Of a stretch of 64,000 nucleotides of DNA, positions 25,040-37,538 are shown piece after piece. Source of the stretch: Camelus dromedarius (Eukaryota); assembly GCF_036321535.1 (NCBI RefSeq), contig NC_087437.1:24244001-24308000 (forward strand). Direction: 5' to 3'. Every line of letters starts with the position of its first letter. The first letter of the stretch is position 1. The position numbers were made by a program, and so were the translations under genes. The notes below the pieces were generated by a model that saw nothing but the letters and a program-made list of their open reading frames with translations, searched no databases and was not told the DNA's origin.

Positions 25040-26010
25040 TAGCTTTTCGATCCCTACTACCACCACATCTCATGCCTTTGTTAGCTTGCATTTAAGTGAT
25101 TGACCTGGCCTCCTGGCCAGTCTCCCAGAAGTAGTCCCCTTTCCTTCAGGCATTGCTATTTTGCTATTGTTCATCTTCCAAAAGCACTGCTTTTATTAAG
25201 TCAGTTTTCCTCCATAAAAACCTCAATGACTCCTTACAGTCTGCAGTGTAAAATCCCGACTCTGCACAATCCTCACTCTACACAATCCCTTCACATGTAG
25301 AGCCCCTTTGTAACTTGCCTAGCACAATTCCTGGACTCCAAACACCCTCAACTATTTATTCTCCTTGCAACATCTAGTTCATGCATTTTTTTTTTTTTTT
25401 TGGATAAGCCTTTAGTCAATGTCTATCCTATACCAGCTTCCCAGGAGATGCTAAGACAAGTAAGACATGCAGATATTCACAGGACAGATGTGAAGCCCAA
25501 GAAGTAATGAAAAAAGTGCTTTAGAATGTACTTAGAATGTAATGAATCAAAATGAGCTAGTGGAGAGGAAGGACATGCTTCTCACAGGTGTTAATGCATG
25601 AGCTTAGTCTTGAAAATCAAAGAGAATCAGCTGCAAAGGTTGGAAATGGAGAGAATGTATGAAACAGGTCAGGGCTCTAAATAGTTCAGTATAGACCAAG
25701 CAGAGAAAGTACTATTGAGAGGTGAGGCTGGAGAGAAAACATGGATATATTTGTAGAGTCATGCCAAGAAAAAAAAGGTTTTTTTCCTTCAGACTATCTA
25801 ATTGACCTGGATGTCTGGATAATAGATAACAGGTAACAGGAATAAAATTATTTTGACTAGGATGACATCTAGTTTGCTGACATAGACCTCACAGAAGATG
25901 TTGGATTCACAGACATAGGCAACTAGAGGAGAAACAGGCTTGGAGTTCAGGGGGAAAGAATCCATTCAGTTTGGGACATACTGAGTTTGTACTGCCTGAG
26001 GGAAATACAA
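25040..26010. mobile_element. Two L2 fragments (+ at ~25040-25380, - at ~25430-26010)
   Basis: aaaacctcaatgactcc...aaaatccc on +; ttcagtttgggacatactgagtttg on -. Confidence 0.55.
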
Positions 26011-27129
26011 ATTCAGAAATTCGATTGGATTTTCACCTCTCGGTCTTTATCCACAGTAGTCCCTCTTATCAGTCATAAAAATCTTTGTCTACTTGAACTC
26101 AGCTGCAACATTTGCTTAAGAATGATTTTAAATGTTACTTGTCCAAATATGTGAGTTTTGTCCTCTTAATGAAGCTGCCCCTATTTTGTGGTATGGCCCC
26201 ATATGAAATAGGATTTGATACTTTATGCAGGCAATTCTGTTGGCCATTGTAATTTCAGTTCCATAGCACCTGGAAGTGAACAACTCATTGAGTGAAATAA
26301 AAGCTAGCTGTAGGCTGATCTGAAGGAAGAACGTATGCTTCAGGGGACATAGGCACTTATTTTGTGAATTGTTTAGCCCAGTTATAGTGAGGGACAGCTG
26401 AGATGTCACAGAGAAGTGGTTTCCCAAAAAGGGTCACTGTTGTGTTGAGTTTTGTGTAGGGAGTATGCCAGGGCCATGTAATAGCTTAATAGATGGAGTC
26501 CTAGGCTGTGACCATTGCCTGTTTTGTACATTAGTGAAATATTAGCTTTTATTTGTAGGTAAGGGAAGAGCACCTGTCTAGAGATTAGTATTTAAATTCA
26601 TAGCTATCAGGTTTAAATAATAACTAAGGCTCCCTTCCCTCTCTGCCTTCCAACATAATAAAGGTTTAATCTAAATTAGGTTTTCAAAAAATACATGCAA
26701 CAATTGAGAAAGACACATGAGCTGTGTTGGCATTCAGGATATACAGTAATTGCCCAGGAGTATGTGTTATGCTTGTAGCTGATGAATTGTAAGCTTGGAA
26801 TACTATTTAGTTATTTCCTACATATGACCAAAAAAGTGTCACTGATGTGTTTAATAATAGTTACGTAGCAACTGTCATTGCCTAACAAAATGAAACAGAC
26901 ATACCTGAACACAGATAACAAATACATACGTCCTTTTCCTAAATCAAATGGGACCTTTTCCGAGGTGATTCTTAGCAATGAAAAAGAAGTATGAATGGGC
27001 AGATTTTGTACACATTTATTATAGTGAGAGAAAGGATTCTACTGCATGTCTAATTTCCTGTGATTCTTTGAATTAAAGATCACTGTGGGGTTAGGATTTA
27101 AAAGGAGACCAGTTGACAGTAGTATGGGT

Positions 27130-28130
27130 TAGCAATTCTAAAATTACTATCTGTGGATTTTAGGAGGGGGCATGTGAGTAAATATATTGGGAATAATGAA
27201 AGCCATATTTCTGCCTGTGAAGAAAGGAGTTAGAAATATGAAAAGGGAGGAGACAAGAACGAACTCTGCTATAATGAATTAAAATTGAAGGTAGCACTAT
27301 GAATGCATATTTTTAATATAGAGAAATAGAAATAAAATTATAGCTAGAGAGGGGAAGATGTAAATATATGCATATTTAGTAGCTCTTTCTACTGAAAGGC
27401 CTAGAAGTAAAGTTACCCGTATTGCAATGAGCATACCTGGTTCTTAGATATTGGTTGCTGTATACCATATGCTACCAAAGGAAGCTGGGGCTCCTTGGGG
27501 AAGTGGCTGAGTCCAGAGTTAACAGCAGAGAAGGTATGAAATAAGCCTGGAGCATCTTGCTGTGATGTAAAGCAAGGAATTGCTAAATAACATGAGACGG
27601 TGTCAAAGGGACACTGAAGCCAGCTTGAAGTGGTTCTCACTGGGAAAACTGGGACAGTTTCATGAAAATGAAAAATGGGAGTAACAGATCATTCATGAAA
27701 TAAAATTTATGAATCTATACTAATATAAGTAAACTAATATATAAATGGGAAAAAGAATAGTAAGTTAGAAAATCATCATTTTGCAACCATCATGAAAAAA
27801 CTACTGATTTAGCCAGAAATCAATGATGGCTAAAACAAGTGAAAAGGTTTGGTAAGGATATTTACGTATTGCAAAATATTCTTCCATGAATTAGTTATTA
27901 CCTAAAAAGGAAATATAGCAACTTTTAATGTGGATGCATAGCTTGGATACAGTCAAGTAATCAAAATTTACATCACCAATAATAGGACAAACCAACACCA
28001 GAAGCCTCCTGGCATGGTACACTAGAAAGAGCTCAGAATCGCTTCTGTGGTATTTCTGCCAAAAATATATAACCTGAAACTAACCATAGTGAAACATCAG
28101 ACCAACCCAAATTGAGGGACTTTTCTAAAT
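27130..28130 (+). mobile_element. Old L1 3'UTR fragment (L1MC4-like)
   Basis: ggggctccttggggaagtggctga...gcctggagcatcttg...aaacatcagaccaacccaaattgagggac. Confidence 0.75.
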
Positions 28131-28524
28131 GGAAAGTACGGTTATTGTTACTTAATGACACATATAAACTACCCACACTCAACCTAATGATCACTATGTT
28201 CAGATATCAGAAGTGATATGGAACAGTTGATTCAATATTAAAATGTGAAATAATGGAACAAAAATGAAAATCATGATCTTGTCTTTATTAGTAGGGCACT
28301 CATGAAATACTTCTCCAGTAAGATCAGGATGAACACAGTTGCATTCTGTGGTATTATTTGAGATAGTGGTGGCCATGTTCTTCAAAATTAAAAGAGAATA
28401 CATATAGTTTCTGAAAACTTTATAGTAGGACACAGTAATGCAAGGAGAAGAAAATTAATGGTAAAAGCAAAATACACATAAATTTCTAAAATACACTTTT
28501 TCTTAAAAGATGTACTTCTAACTA

Positions 28525-28665
28525 TGGGATTTTAGAATTAAATGGATCCTTAGAGCATCTGATCCAAATCTATCATTTGCAAATAAAGAAACTGCATCCA
28601 GATAGAGTGACCTGTATGAGATTATCTGGCTAAATTAGATGATGAACTGGAATTAGGATCATGCA
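28525..28665 (-). mobile_element. MIR/MIR3 fragment
   Basis: ccttagagcatctgatccaa...atttgcaaataaagaaactg. Confidence 0.55.
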
Positions 28666-29352
28666 GTTGAATGGGTTTATTTGAATCTTTGATCTGCCTC
28701 TTTTCTGACTGTTTAAAAATTAAATGTTTCACATTAGTGGCTTTCCAATAAACAAGTAAAAAGTTAAGTGTATTCAAAACCCTTGGATAGCTAGAGCCAA
28801 AGTATGACTCTATCCTCAATATTGTTAAGCAGAGTGGCTGCTTCTTAAAAGTATGCTCTAAAATGTTCTTTTAGTCATTTCTAAGATAAAGATCTGATAC
28901 GTGATTTTAACTAGCTTATTGAATTTTCTGTCCAGAATGATTGTAAGCTTTCTAAACATTGTTCAAATATATGATATATTTCACACATGCATGTTGAAAA
29001 GTGTACAGCCTTTTGGTTCCTATTTAATAAATCCAAGAATGCTTGTCATATCATAAAATGTATAGGAATATTTAAAATAAAATAGGACTACAGTGGTAAA
29101 CTATACCCAAATCTATTATTCTTGGTAAGAGTTTCTGAATATTAGATATTCCATTCAGGAAAATATAGATTGAGTGACAGCCTCAGGCATATGGGAACTA
29201 ATTCTCATATCATTAACCAGAGAGGCCTTTTTTAGTGTGAAATCATGGGAGGTTAAACGAAATCCTTAGCATCATAATGAAAATAACTTTGATTAAAGCT
29301 TAGTGATTATTAGTGTTAAAAATGTGTTTGATGTATAATAAACATTATTCCG

Positions 29353-32300
29353 CTTTATTGTTGTATATTGACAAAATTATAAGATATTTCAGCTATACAT
29401 TGTGGTGATTTGATACACATATACCCTGTGAAAGATTCTCACAATCTAGTCAATTAACACATCCATCACATATTTTTATCTTTTCTTTTTTGGTGAAAAC
29501 ATTTAAGCTCTACTTAAAAAAAAAATTATATGATAGAGTTTATCAACTGCACTAATCATGTTTTACATTAGACCCTCAGACCATATCCATCTTACAGCTG
29601 AAAGTTTGTACCCTTTTACTAGCCTCTCCCAATTCCCCTAACCCTCTGCGACAACTTTTATACTCTAGGAGTTTGACTTTTTTAAGATGCTATAAATAAG
29701 TCATGCCTTACAGTATTGTCTCTCTGTCTGACTTATTTCACTTAGCACAATGTACTCAAGGTCCATCCATGTCGTTGCAAATGACAGAATTTCTTTCTCA
29801 TACCTGAATAATATTCCATTGTGTATAGAGAACATATGGTATATATACATATATATATGTGTGTACACACACATATTACATCATCTTTATCCATCATCTG
29901 TTGACAGGCACTTAAGTTGTTTCCATATCTTGGCTGTTATGAATAATACTGCAACAAATATGGACTGCCATTATCTCTTCATGATACTGATTTCATTTCC
30001 TTTGGATATATATCCAGAAGTGGGATTGCTGGGTAATATGGTAATTCTATTTTTAACTTCCACATTGTTTTGCACTGTGGCTACATCAATTTAAATTCCC
30101 ACCAATAGTGCACAATAGTTTCCTTTTCTCCACATCCTCGCCAACACTTGTTATCTTGTCTCTTTGATGATAGCCGTTCAAACAGGTGTTAGATGACATC
30201 TCATTATGGTTTTGATTTGCCTTTTTCTGTTAATTAGTGCTGTTGAACATCTTTTCATGTACCTGTTGGACCTTTGTATGTCTTCTTTGGAAAAAAATGT
30301 CTATTTGGATCCTCTGCCCATTTTTTAATCAAATTGTTTGGTTTCTTTTGCCATTGAGTTGTATGAATTCTTTATAAATATTGGATATTACCCCCTTATC
30401 AGATATATGATTTATGAATATCGTCTCCCATTCCATAGGTTGCCTTTTTATTTTGTTAATGGTTTACTTTGCTGTGCAGCAGCTATTTGATTTGATACAG
30501 TACTACTTTTTTTTTTTTTTTTTTTTTTTGCTTTTCCTACCATAGCTTTTGGAGACAAATCCAAAAAAATCATTGCCAAAACCAGTTATCAAAGAGCTTA
30601 GCACCCATGTTTTCTTCTAGGAGTTTAATAGTTTAAGGTCTTATGTTCAGGTCTTAAATTTTGAGTTGATATTTGTGTCTGGTATAGATGGGAGTCCAGT
30701 TTTTATTCTTTTGCATATGACTGTCCAGATTTCCCAAAGCCATTTACTAAAGACACGAGGTTTTTCCCGTTGTATACTCTTGGCTCCTTCATTGTAGATT
30801 AGTTGACCATTTGAGAATGGGTTTATTTCTGGGTTCTCTATTCTGTTCCTTTGATTTATGTGTCTGTTTTTATGCCAATGCCATATCCCATTGTTTGCTA
30901 TTGCCTTGTAATATAGTTCGAACTTACAGAACGTGATGCCTCCAGCTTTGTTCTTTCTCAAGATTGCTTTGGCTATATAAAGACTTTTGTGTCTCCATTT
31001 TAAGATTGTTCCATTATCCGTGAAAAAATGCCATTGAAATTTTGATAGAGATTGCATTTAATTTGTAGATTTCTTTGGGTAGTATGAACATTTTAATGAT
31101 ATTCTCCCTGTCTACAAGGATAGGATATCTTTTCATATGTGTCATCTTGAATTTCTTTTATCAGTGTCTTATATTTTCATGTACAGATCTTTCACCTCCT
31201 TGGTTAAGTTTATTCCTAGATATTTTATGCTTTTTGATGCAATTGTAAATGTTATTGTTTTCTAATAGTTTCCTGTTAGTGTACAGAAGCACAACTAATT
31301 TTTCTTTCTAGAGTCAGTCCTGGTTGCTGTAGAAGTCAGTGGTAGTGACCAGCACTTTTTCATTTCAAGAGTTGGGCGACACACACAGTCACTTCTCAGC
31401 CCTCTCATGCCTCCAATATTTTTTATTGATGTATAGTTGATTAACTATGTTATAATAGTTTCAGGTGTACAACACAGTAATTTAAAAATTTTATAGATTA
31501 TACTTCATTTATAGTTTTTATAAAATACTGGCTATGTTCCCTGTGTTGTGTAATAGATCTTTGTTGATTTTTTAAAATTTTATACATAGTACTTTGTACC
31601 TCTTACTCCCTTACCCCATCTTGCCCCTCCCCCACCCCTATCTTGCCCCTCCCCCCTTACCTTTCCCCACTGGTAACCACTAGTTTGTTCTCTGTATCTG
31701 TGAGTCTGGGTTTCTTGTTGTTGTTCACTAGTTTATTTTTTAGATTCCACAGAGTAACAATTGATTTTTGTATATTGATTTTTGTATCATGCATTTTACT
31801 GAATTTGTTGATTGGTTCTAACATTTTTAGGGGGGTTGTTTGGGATTTTCTTTATATAACATCATGTAATCTGCAAATAGAAATAGTTTTATTATTCCTT
31901 TCTGATTTGGATGTCTTTTATTTCTCTTTCCTAATTGCTCTGGCTAGGACTTCCAGGACTATGTTAAATAAAAGTGGCAAGAGAGGGCATCCTTGTACCT
32001 CATCCTAGGAAAAGCTTTCAGTTTTTCACCATTGAATATAATGTTAGTTGTGGGCTTGACACATAAAGCCTTTATTATGTTGAAGTACATTCTCTCAATA
32101 AACACCTTTCTAAGAGTTTTTATCATGAATGGGTGTCACATTTTGTCATAAGCTTTTTCTGCATCTATTGAGATGGTTATATAAGCTTTAGCCTTCATAT
32201 CATCACAATGATTGATTTGCAGTCATTGAACCATCTTTACATTCCTGGAATAAATGCCACTTGATCATGGTATGTAATCCCTAGACTGTATTTCTAAATT

Positions 32301-32960
32301 TGTTCTGCTAATATTTTGTTCACGATTTTTGCATCTGCTAATCATCAGGGCTATTGGCCTGTAAATTTTTCTTATAGTGTCCTTGTCCAGCTTTGGTATC
32401 AATGTAATGCTGGCCTTATAGATGAGTTTAAAAGTTTTACCTCCCCTTCTTCTTCCTCTTTTGTTGGAAGGGTTAGGATTAATGTTTTAATTTCCTTACT
32501 AGTAATTGGTCTTTTCAGATTTTTATTTCGTCATGATCCAGTCTTTGTAGGTTGTATGTGTCTGAGAATCTATCCTTTTCTACTAGGTTATCCAAATTGT
32601 TGGCATTTAATGTTCATGGTAGTCTCTTATGATCTTTTGCATGTATGTTGTATTAAATGTTTGCCTCCTCTTTCATTTATAACTTTATTTATTTGCATCC
32701 TCTCTATTTTTTGGCAAGTCTAGCAAAAGGTTTGTCTTTTCTAATGTCTTTTTATTCTTTATTTAATTTATTTCCTCTCTAACCTTTGCTATTTCCTTTC
32801 TTTCAACTTTGGGCTTAGTTTTTTCTAGTTCCTTGAGGTTTAAAATTAGGTTGTTTATTTAAGATATTTCTTTTTTCTTAATATAGGCTTTATCACTATG
32901 AACTTACCTCTTAGAACTACTTTTGCTACATCTCATAAGTTTTGGTATGTTGTATTTACA
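29353..32960 (-). mobile_element. 5'-truncated L1MA-type LINE (3'UTR plus ORF2)
   Basis: L1MA-like 3' end; ORF 30647-31057 (KAILRKNKAGGITF...YYKA...WHWHKNRHINQRNRIENPEI) is an ORF2 remnant; interrupted at 31304-31756. Confidence 0.92.
31418..31751 (-). mobile_element. Younger artiodactyl-type L1 3'UTR fragment nested in the older L1
   Basis: ttttattgatgtatagttgatt...tttcaggtgtacaacacagt...ctggtaaccactagtttgttctctgtatctgtgagtctg; the host L1 resumes at ~31757. Confidence 0.85.
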
Positions 32961-33149
32961 AATATGTTCCACTTAGTCATTACAATATTAGTATTAACTT
33001 AATGGCCTATCATTAGAAAGTCCAAAACTTAGCCAGAATTTATTTTTATATTTATATACAATTCTGCTCTTAATATGAATTTCAGGAAGATTTAATATCC
33101 TACTGATACTTGGTATTCTTTATATTTTTATACTTAAAACTTTCTCTTC

Positions 33150-34320
33150 TAAAAATTAAAAAGCAGCATAAGATTTGAATAGTCACTTTATCGAAGAAGA
33201 CATCCTAACGGCAAATAATATTCAGCATATTTTATTGTGTTTATTCGTAATTAAGGAAATGCAAATCAAAACCACCATCATTACATACCCACTAAAATGG
33301 CTAAAATTAAAAAGATGGTCAAAAATAAGTGTTAATAAAGATGTAGAGCAACTGAAACTGTCATTTATTGATGGTAGGATTGAAAAACAGAAGAGCCACT
33401 TTCTAAGCAAATCGGTGGTTTTTTAAAAAAGTAGACACATACTTACCATATGACTGAGCAATCGCCATCTTAGGTACTTACCCGAAAGACATTAAAACAT
33501 ACATAACCAAAACATTTGTACTCAGATTTTCCTAGCAACTTTGTTCAGAATATCAAAAACTTTAAACAATCCTGCCAAATGTGACAACATGGATAAAACT
33601 TGAAGTGATTATGCTAAGTAAAATAAGCCAGTTACAAGAGGACAAACACTGCACGTTTTCACTTATATAAGGAATCAAAAATAGTGAAATTGTAAAAGCA
33701 GAGAGTAGAACGGTGGTTTCCAGGGGCTGGGGGAAGGAGGGAATATGGAGTTGCTATTCACTGAGTATAAATTTTCAGTTATGCAAGATGAATAATCTAG
33801 AGATCTGCTATAAAACATCATATCTACAGTTAACAATACTGTATTGTACACTTAAAGTTTTGTCAAGAGTCTAGATTTCATGTTGGATGTTCTTACCACA
33901 ATAACAACAACAACAACAAATACTGGGAACAACTCAAAATCTCATCTACTGGTAAATGGATAAAAAATCTGTAGTTCATTTAGAGTACTGAATCTTACCC
34001 CACAATAGAAAGGAACACACTGGTGAGACACTGTAAAATGTGGCTACATCTCAAAAGCATCTTTCTAAGTGAAAGAAGCCAGACACAAAAGACAAGATAC
34101 TACACAATTCCATTATATGAAATTTTTAAAAAGTACCAAACTATTGTAACAGAAAGTATAGGATTTGCTGTCAGGGGTAAAGGTCAAGGAAGAGGAGAGA
34201 CTACAAGGGGAATGTGGAAGCTTCTTTGGATGATGGAAATGTTCAATATCATAATTATAATGGGAATTACATCACTGTGTACCCTTGTTAAAACTTTTCA
34301 GATTAACCTCAATCTTACCT
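33150..34320 (+). mobile_element. Old L1 3' fragment with a nested L1MA/MB-type 3' end (~33570-33920, (AAC)n tail)
   Basis: ORF 33175-33426 (IKEMQIKTT) is the ORF2 C-terminus; the nested piece ends ttcttaccacaataacaacaacaacaac. Confidence 0.85.
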
Positions 34321-34413
34321 AAAAATATATCTAAGATATCACAAAAATAATTTAAATATTTCTGAAATTATGGATGAAATTTCTGTATTATTCAATAAAC
34401 TTAAATATATTAT

Positions 34414-34850
34414 GCATCTTGCTAGCTGTTCACCCAAATCCATTCTTCCTCCTAACTGGAGAGGAATAGAGTTAACCCCCCGGCAGGAATTGCTTTTCCC
34501 AGCCGTTCTTTCTGCTAGCTGTAGTCAAGTGTTTAAGCTCTAATATTAGTAGCATGTGAATGGAAAAGATCTTTGCAATGCCTGTTTTATTTGATCAAGA
34601 GAAAAACTCTGACCCTTGTCTTTCCCTCTTTTCCCCTACTTTCTGGCATGGGAATGATGAGAATGACCTTGGAAGTCATGTATATGTGATGCATAGTTGC
34701 TGCCAGCCTCTGGCATAGAGGCACTAATTCACTGGGATGGCTCACTTTGGACTGTACTTGAATGAGAAATAACTTCTTTGACCTTCAAGCCAATTATCAT
34801 GGGAAGTTCCTTTGTCGTTAAGTAGCCTATCCCACCTTACCTAAAGCACT
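34414..34850 (+). mobile_element. Old MaLR solo LTR (MLT1I/J-like)
   Basis: ccaaatccattcttcctcc...ttcccagcc...gaccttggaagtcatgt...tgagaaataacttct...tcaagcca. Confidence 0.6.
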
Positions 34851-36450
34851 TCCTTAACTAGAATGTATTTTTCCTCTGAGAGTATTCTTAAGATATATTA
34901 TTAAGTGAGTAAAGCAATCTATAGAACAATGTGTACTGTATGCTACAATGTGTTTGAAAACTATTGCTAATATTTGGGGTCAAATTGAATGACCAGGAAA
35001 CAAGGACAGAAGAGAGAATTTTATTTATTGTAGAATGGCATTCATGGAAAACGCTTGGATTTTGAATTTTGTACCACATGAATATGCTATTAATTTTTTT
35101 AAAGAGGGATTAAATTAGGAAATAATAAAATGTTGCCATCCTATTCAGTTACTCTGTAGAGGGGTTACACACATCAAGTGATACCATAGTGTCAGAGAAG
35201 GATTACAGAACAAATCGTCATTGCTTTACAGAATGTTTGACACATAATAGAATGTTAGTAAATGTTCCCTCCTCTTCTTCATCTTTGTGTGGTGCTTCAC
35301 AGTCTTGTCAGCAGCTGCTTCATAGACCTTTCCCTGAAGTGTGGGCGTGCATACTTCTGCGGAATGCAAGGCGATGTGAGGTTGCACAGGCGGTCGTTAT
35401 ACGTGGTACAAAGAAGTGAAATTATAGAGCATTCACTCACAGCATGATTCTCTTTTCAGTCTTTCTAACTAATGCCAAGTTTGACCTTAGCTTAGTTTTA
35501 ACATATCTCTATCACTTGCTAATTTGCTTCAAGCTCAAGACCTTTGAATGAAACTGTCTAGCTAGAATTTAGTAGATGCATTTTGTGGGCCAGACATGCC
35601 TGTTTTACTCTTAATTTGTATTAAAGGAAGTGACACCAGTCATCTCATCATAAAACTGATTCTATATAAATTCACTTTAATAAAAATTTGGATCAATTAA
35701 AGAAAAATTCTCAGTAAAATAATAGCACAAGTTATTCAGTGATAAGGAAATAAATCACAGAAGGGTATGTAAAGTTTTATAGACAAATTGTACTTCTCTC
35801 ATGATGGGTTTCCAAACCACTCTTATTTCTCTTTTCTATGAATTATTGAACTCACTGCTTACAGTTCTTGTTTATTTAAGCAATCCCGTGTTGCCTTTTG
35901 ACAGGCTTACTATACTATTTTATTTACTCATTTAATACATAATTTTCAATTAATTGTTAGGCACTGTGTTGGAGCTGACTGCACAATGGAGAATATGGGG
36001 TTCACACTATTGAAAGATACAATTTTAGTGAATGAATTTGTGATATATGGTATACTTCGAGGAACTAAGTTTCTTTAAGAAACAATACTAACAAGTCATG
36101 GTGCACCCAGTTGTTACCACTCTGTTCACCATAATCTGATTCTGGCATCCATAAAGCATTGAGTCACTCTGTCCACACACAACCCATCACTGCACAAATG
36201 AAATCTTCAAGGGTATGCATTCCAGCTGAAAAAGACAGACAACAAACCATAGACAAAATAAACTATTTTTATATTTTAAAAAAGCCTAGCAGGATAACAG
36301 AAATCAGGAGTGAGTAGAGGAAATGGCATGGGTTGAATTTTAAATAGAATGATCTAATTTACCTAATATATTAAAGTTATGTGTCCACTCAAATTCTTGG
36401 CTCTCACTTTTACAGTATAAATCATGTGTACCTATCCTTTTTTTTCCCAG

Positions 36451-36538
36451 TTATGTTCTTAACAATGAAAATGACGAAGCATTTTACTGAGTCTGGGGAG
36501 AGAATTCAGCATTTTCCAAAGGAAACTGACACCTAAAA
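36451..36538 (+). other. Candidate non-coding exon (88 nt)
   Basis: Acceptor ccttttttttcccAG| and donor AAA|GTAAGT; all three frames contain stops. Confidence 0.3.
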
Positions 36539-37474
36539 GTAAGTACTAGATATCTTAAGTATAGGAATGAAGTCATTGCAAAGTCACTGCTCCTTGAAGC
36601 ACTTACTGAAAGTTTATTGTTATAAAATATCTTTCTTATAAAATAGTGGTTATATATATTTTTTACCTCCAATCTACTAGTGTTTAAGTGTGAAAAGCAT
36701 ATTCCTTTAACTACAGGCATGTGGTCCCTAGAAAACCTTGCCTAAGGCCACTGTCTCATACGATGTGGGACAGTGATTGGCTGGGTTCCGATACATTAAC
36801 ACGTTTCCTACAGACGTTGGTAACTGTTAGATTAATGATGCCATGAGATTTTTGCAACATATGTTTGCTACATGCTCATGAAAGTGATCTTGGGGTAATT
36901 AAATAATTCTAATTTCCTCCCTCTCCTTTCTCTTTTCCCTCCTGTCCATCCTTTCCATTATTTCTCCCTTTCCCTTTTCTTTGTTCTCAAAGTCAGAAAG
37001 AGGACTCTTCCACATTTAATTAATCCAGAAGTTGCAGGGATATAAAATAATATTCTGCTTATAGGATATCAAACCCAAAAGAATAAAAAGAAGTTAAAAA
37101 TCCAACTTATTGCACAGCTAGTTCAAAGCCACCATTTGTCCAGCAATATCCCTTTAAAATATTTTTTGAGTGATGTCTTTTTTTTTCTTGAGCTGCATAT
37201 CCAAATCCAGATACCATTCTGTAGCTTCACTGTTGGCTCTGAAATCAAGACTGTAATAACATGATGATTACATATCCTGAAATAGCACATTACAGGCAAA
37301 TGGACAGTGTAGTCCTCATCGCCAGCAGATAGTACTATGACATTGACCCCTTTTCTTTGTATGTTGATTGACAGCTTTGTGCTCTTCCACGGCTATTTGG
37401 GATAATCATGTGGAAAATCATTACAAATGTTGCATGTTTAATCGAGGGTCTGCCAGAATTCCTGTGTCTTTTAG

Positions 37475-37538
37475 GTTACTTTGGAGGAAATCTGAACCGA
37501 TTCTGAAAACCAACCAGCAATTAGTACTAAGAAAGCAT
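37475..37538 (+). other. Candidate exon (64 nt)
   Basis: Acceptor ttcctgtgtcttttAG|G and donor CAT|GTAAGT; one frame is open (LLWRKSEPILKTNQQLVLRKH) but I do not recognise the peptide. Confidence 0.25.
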
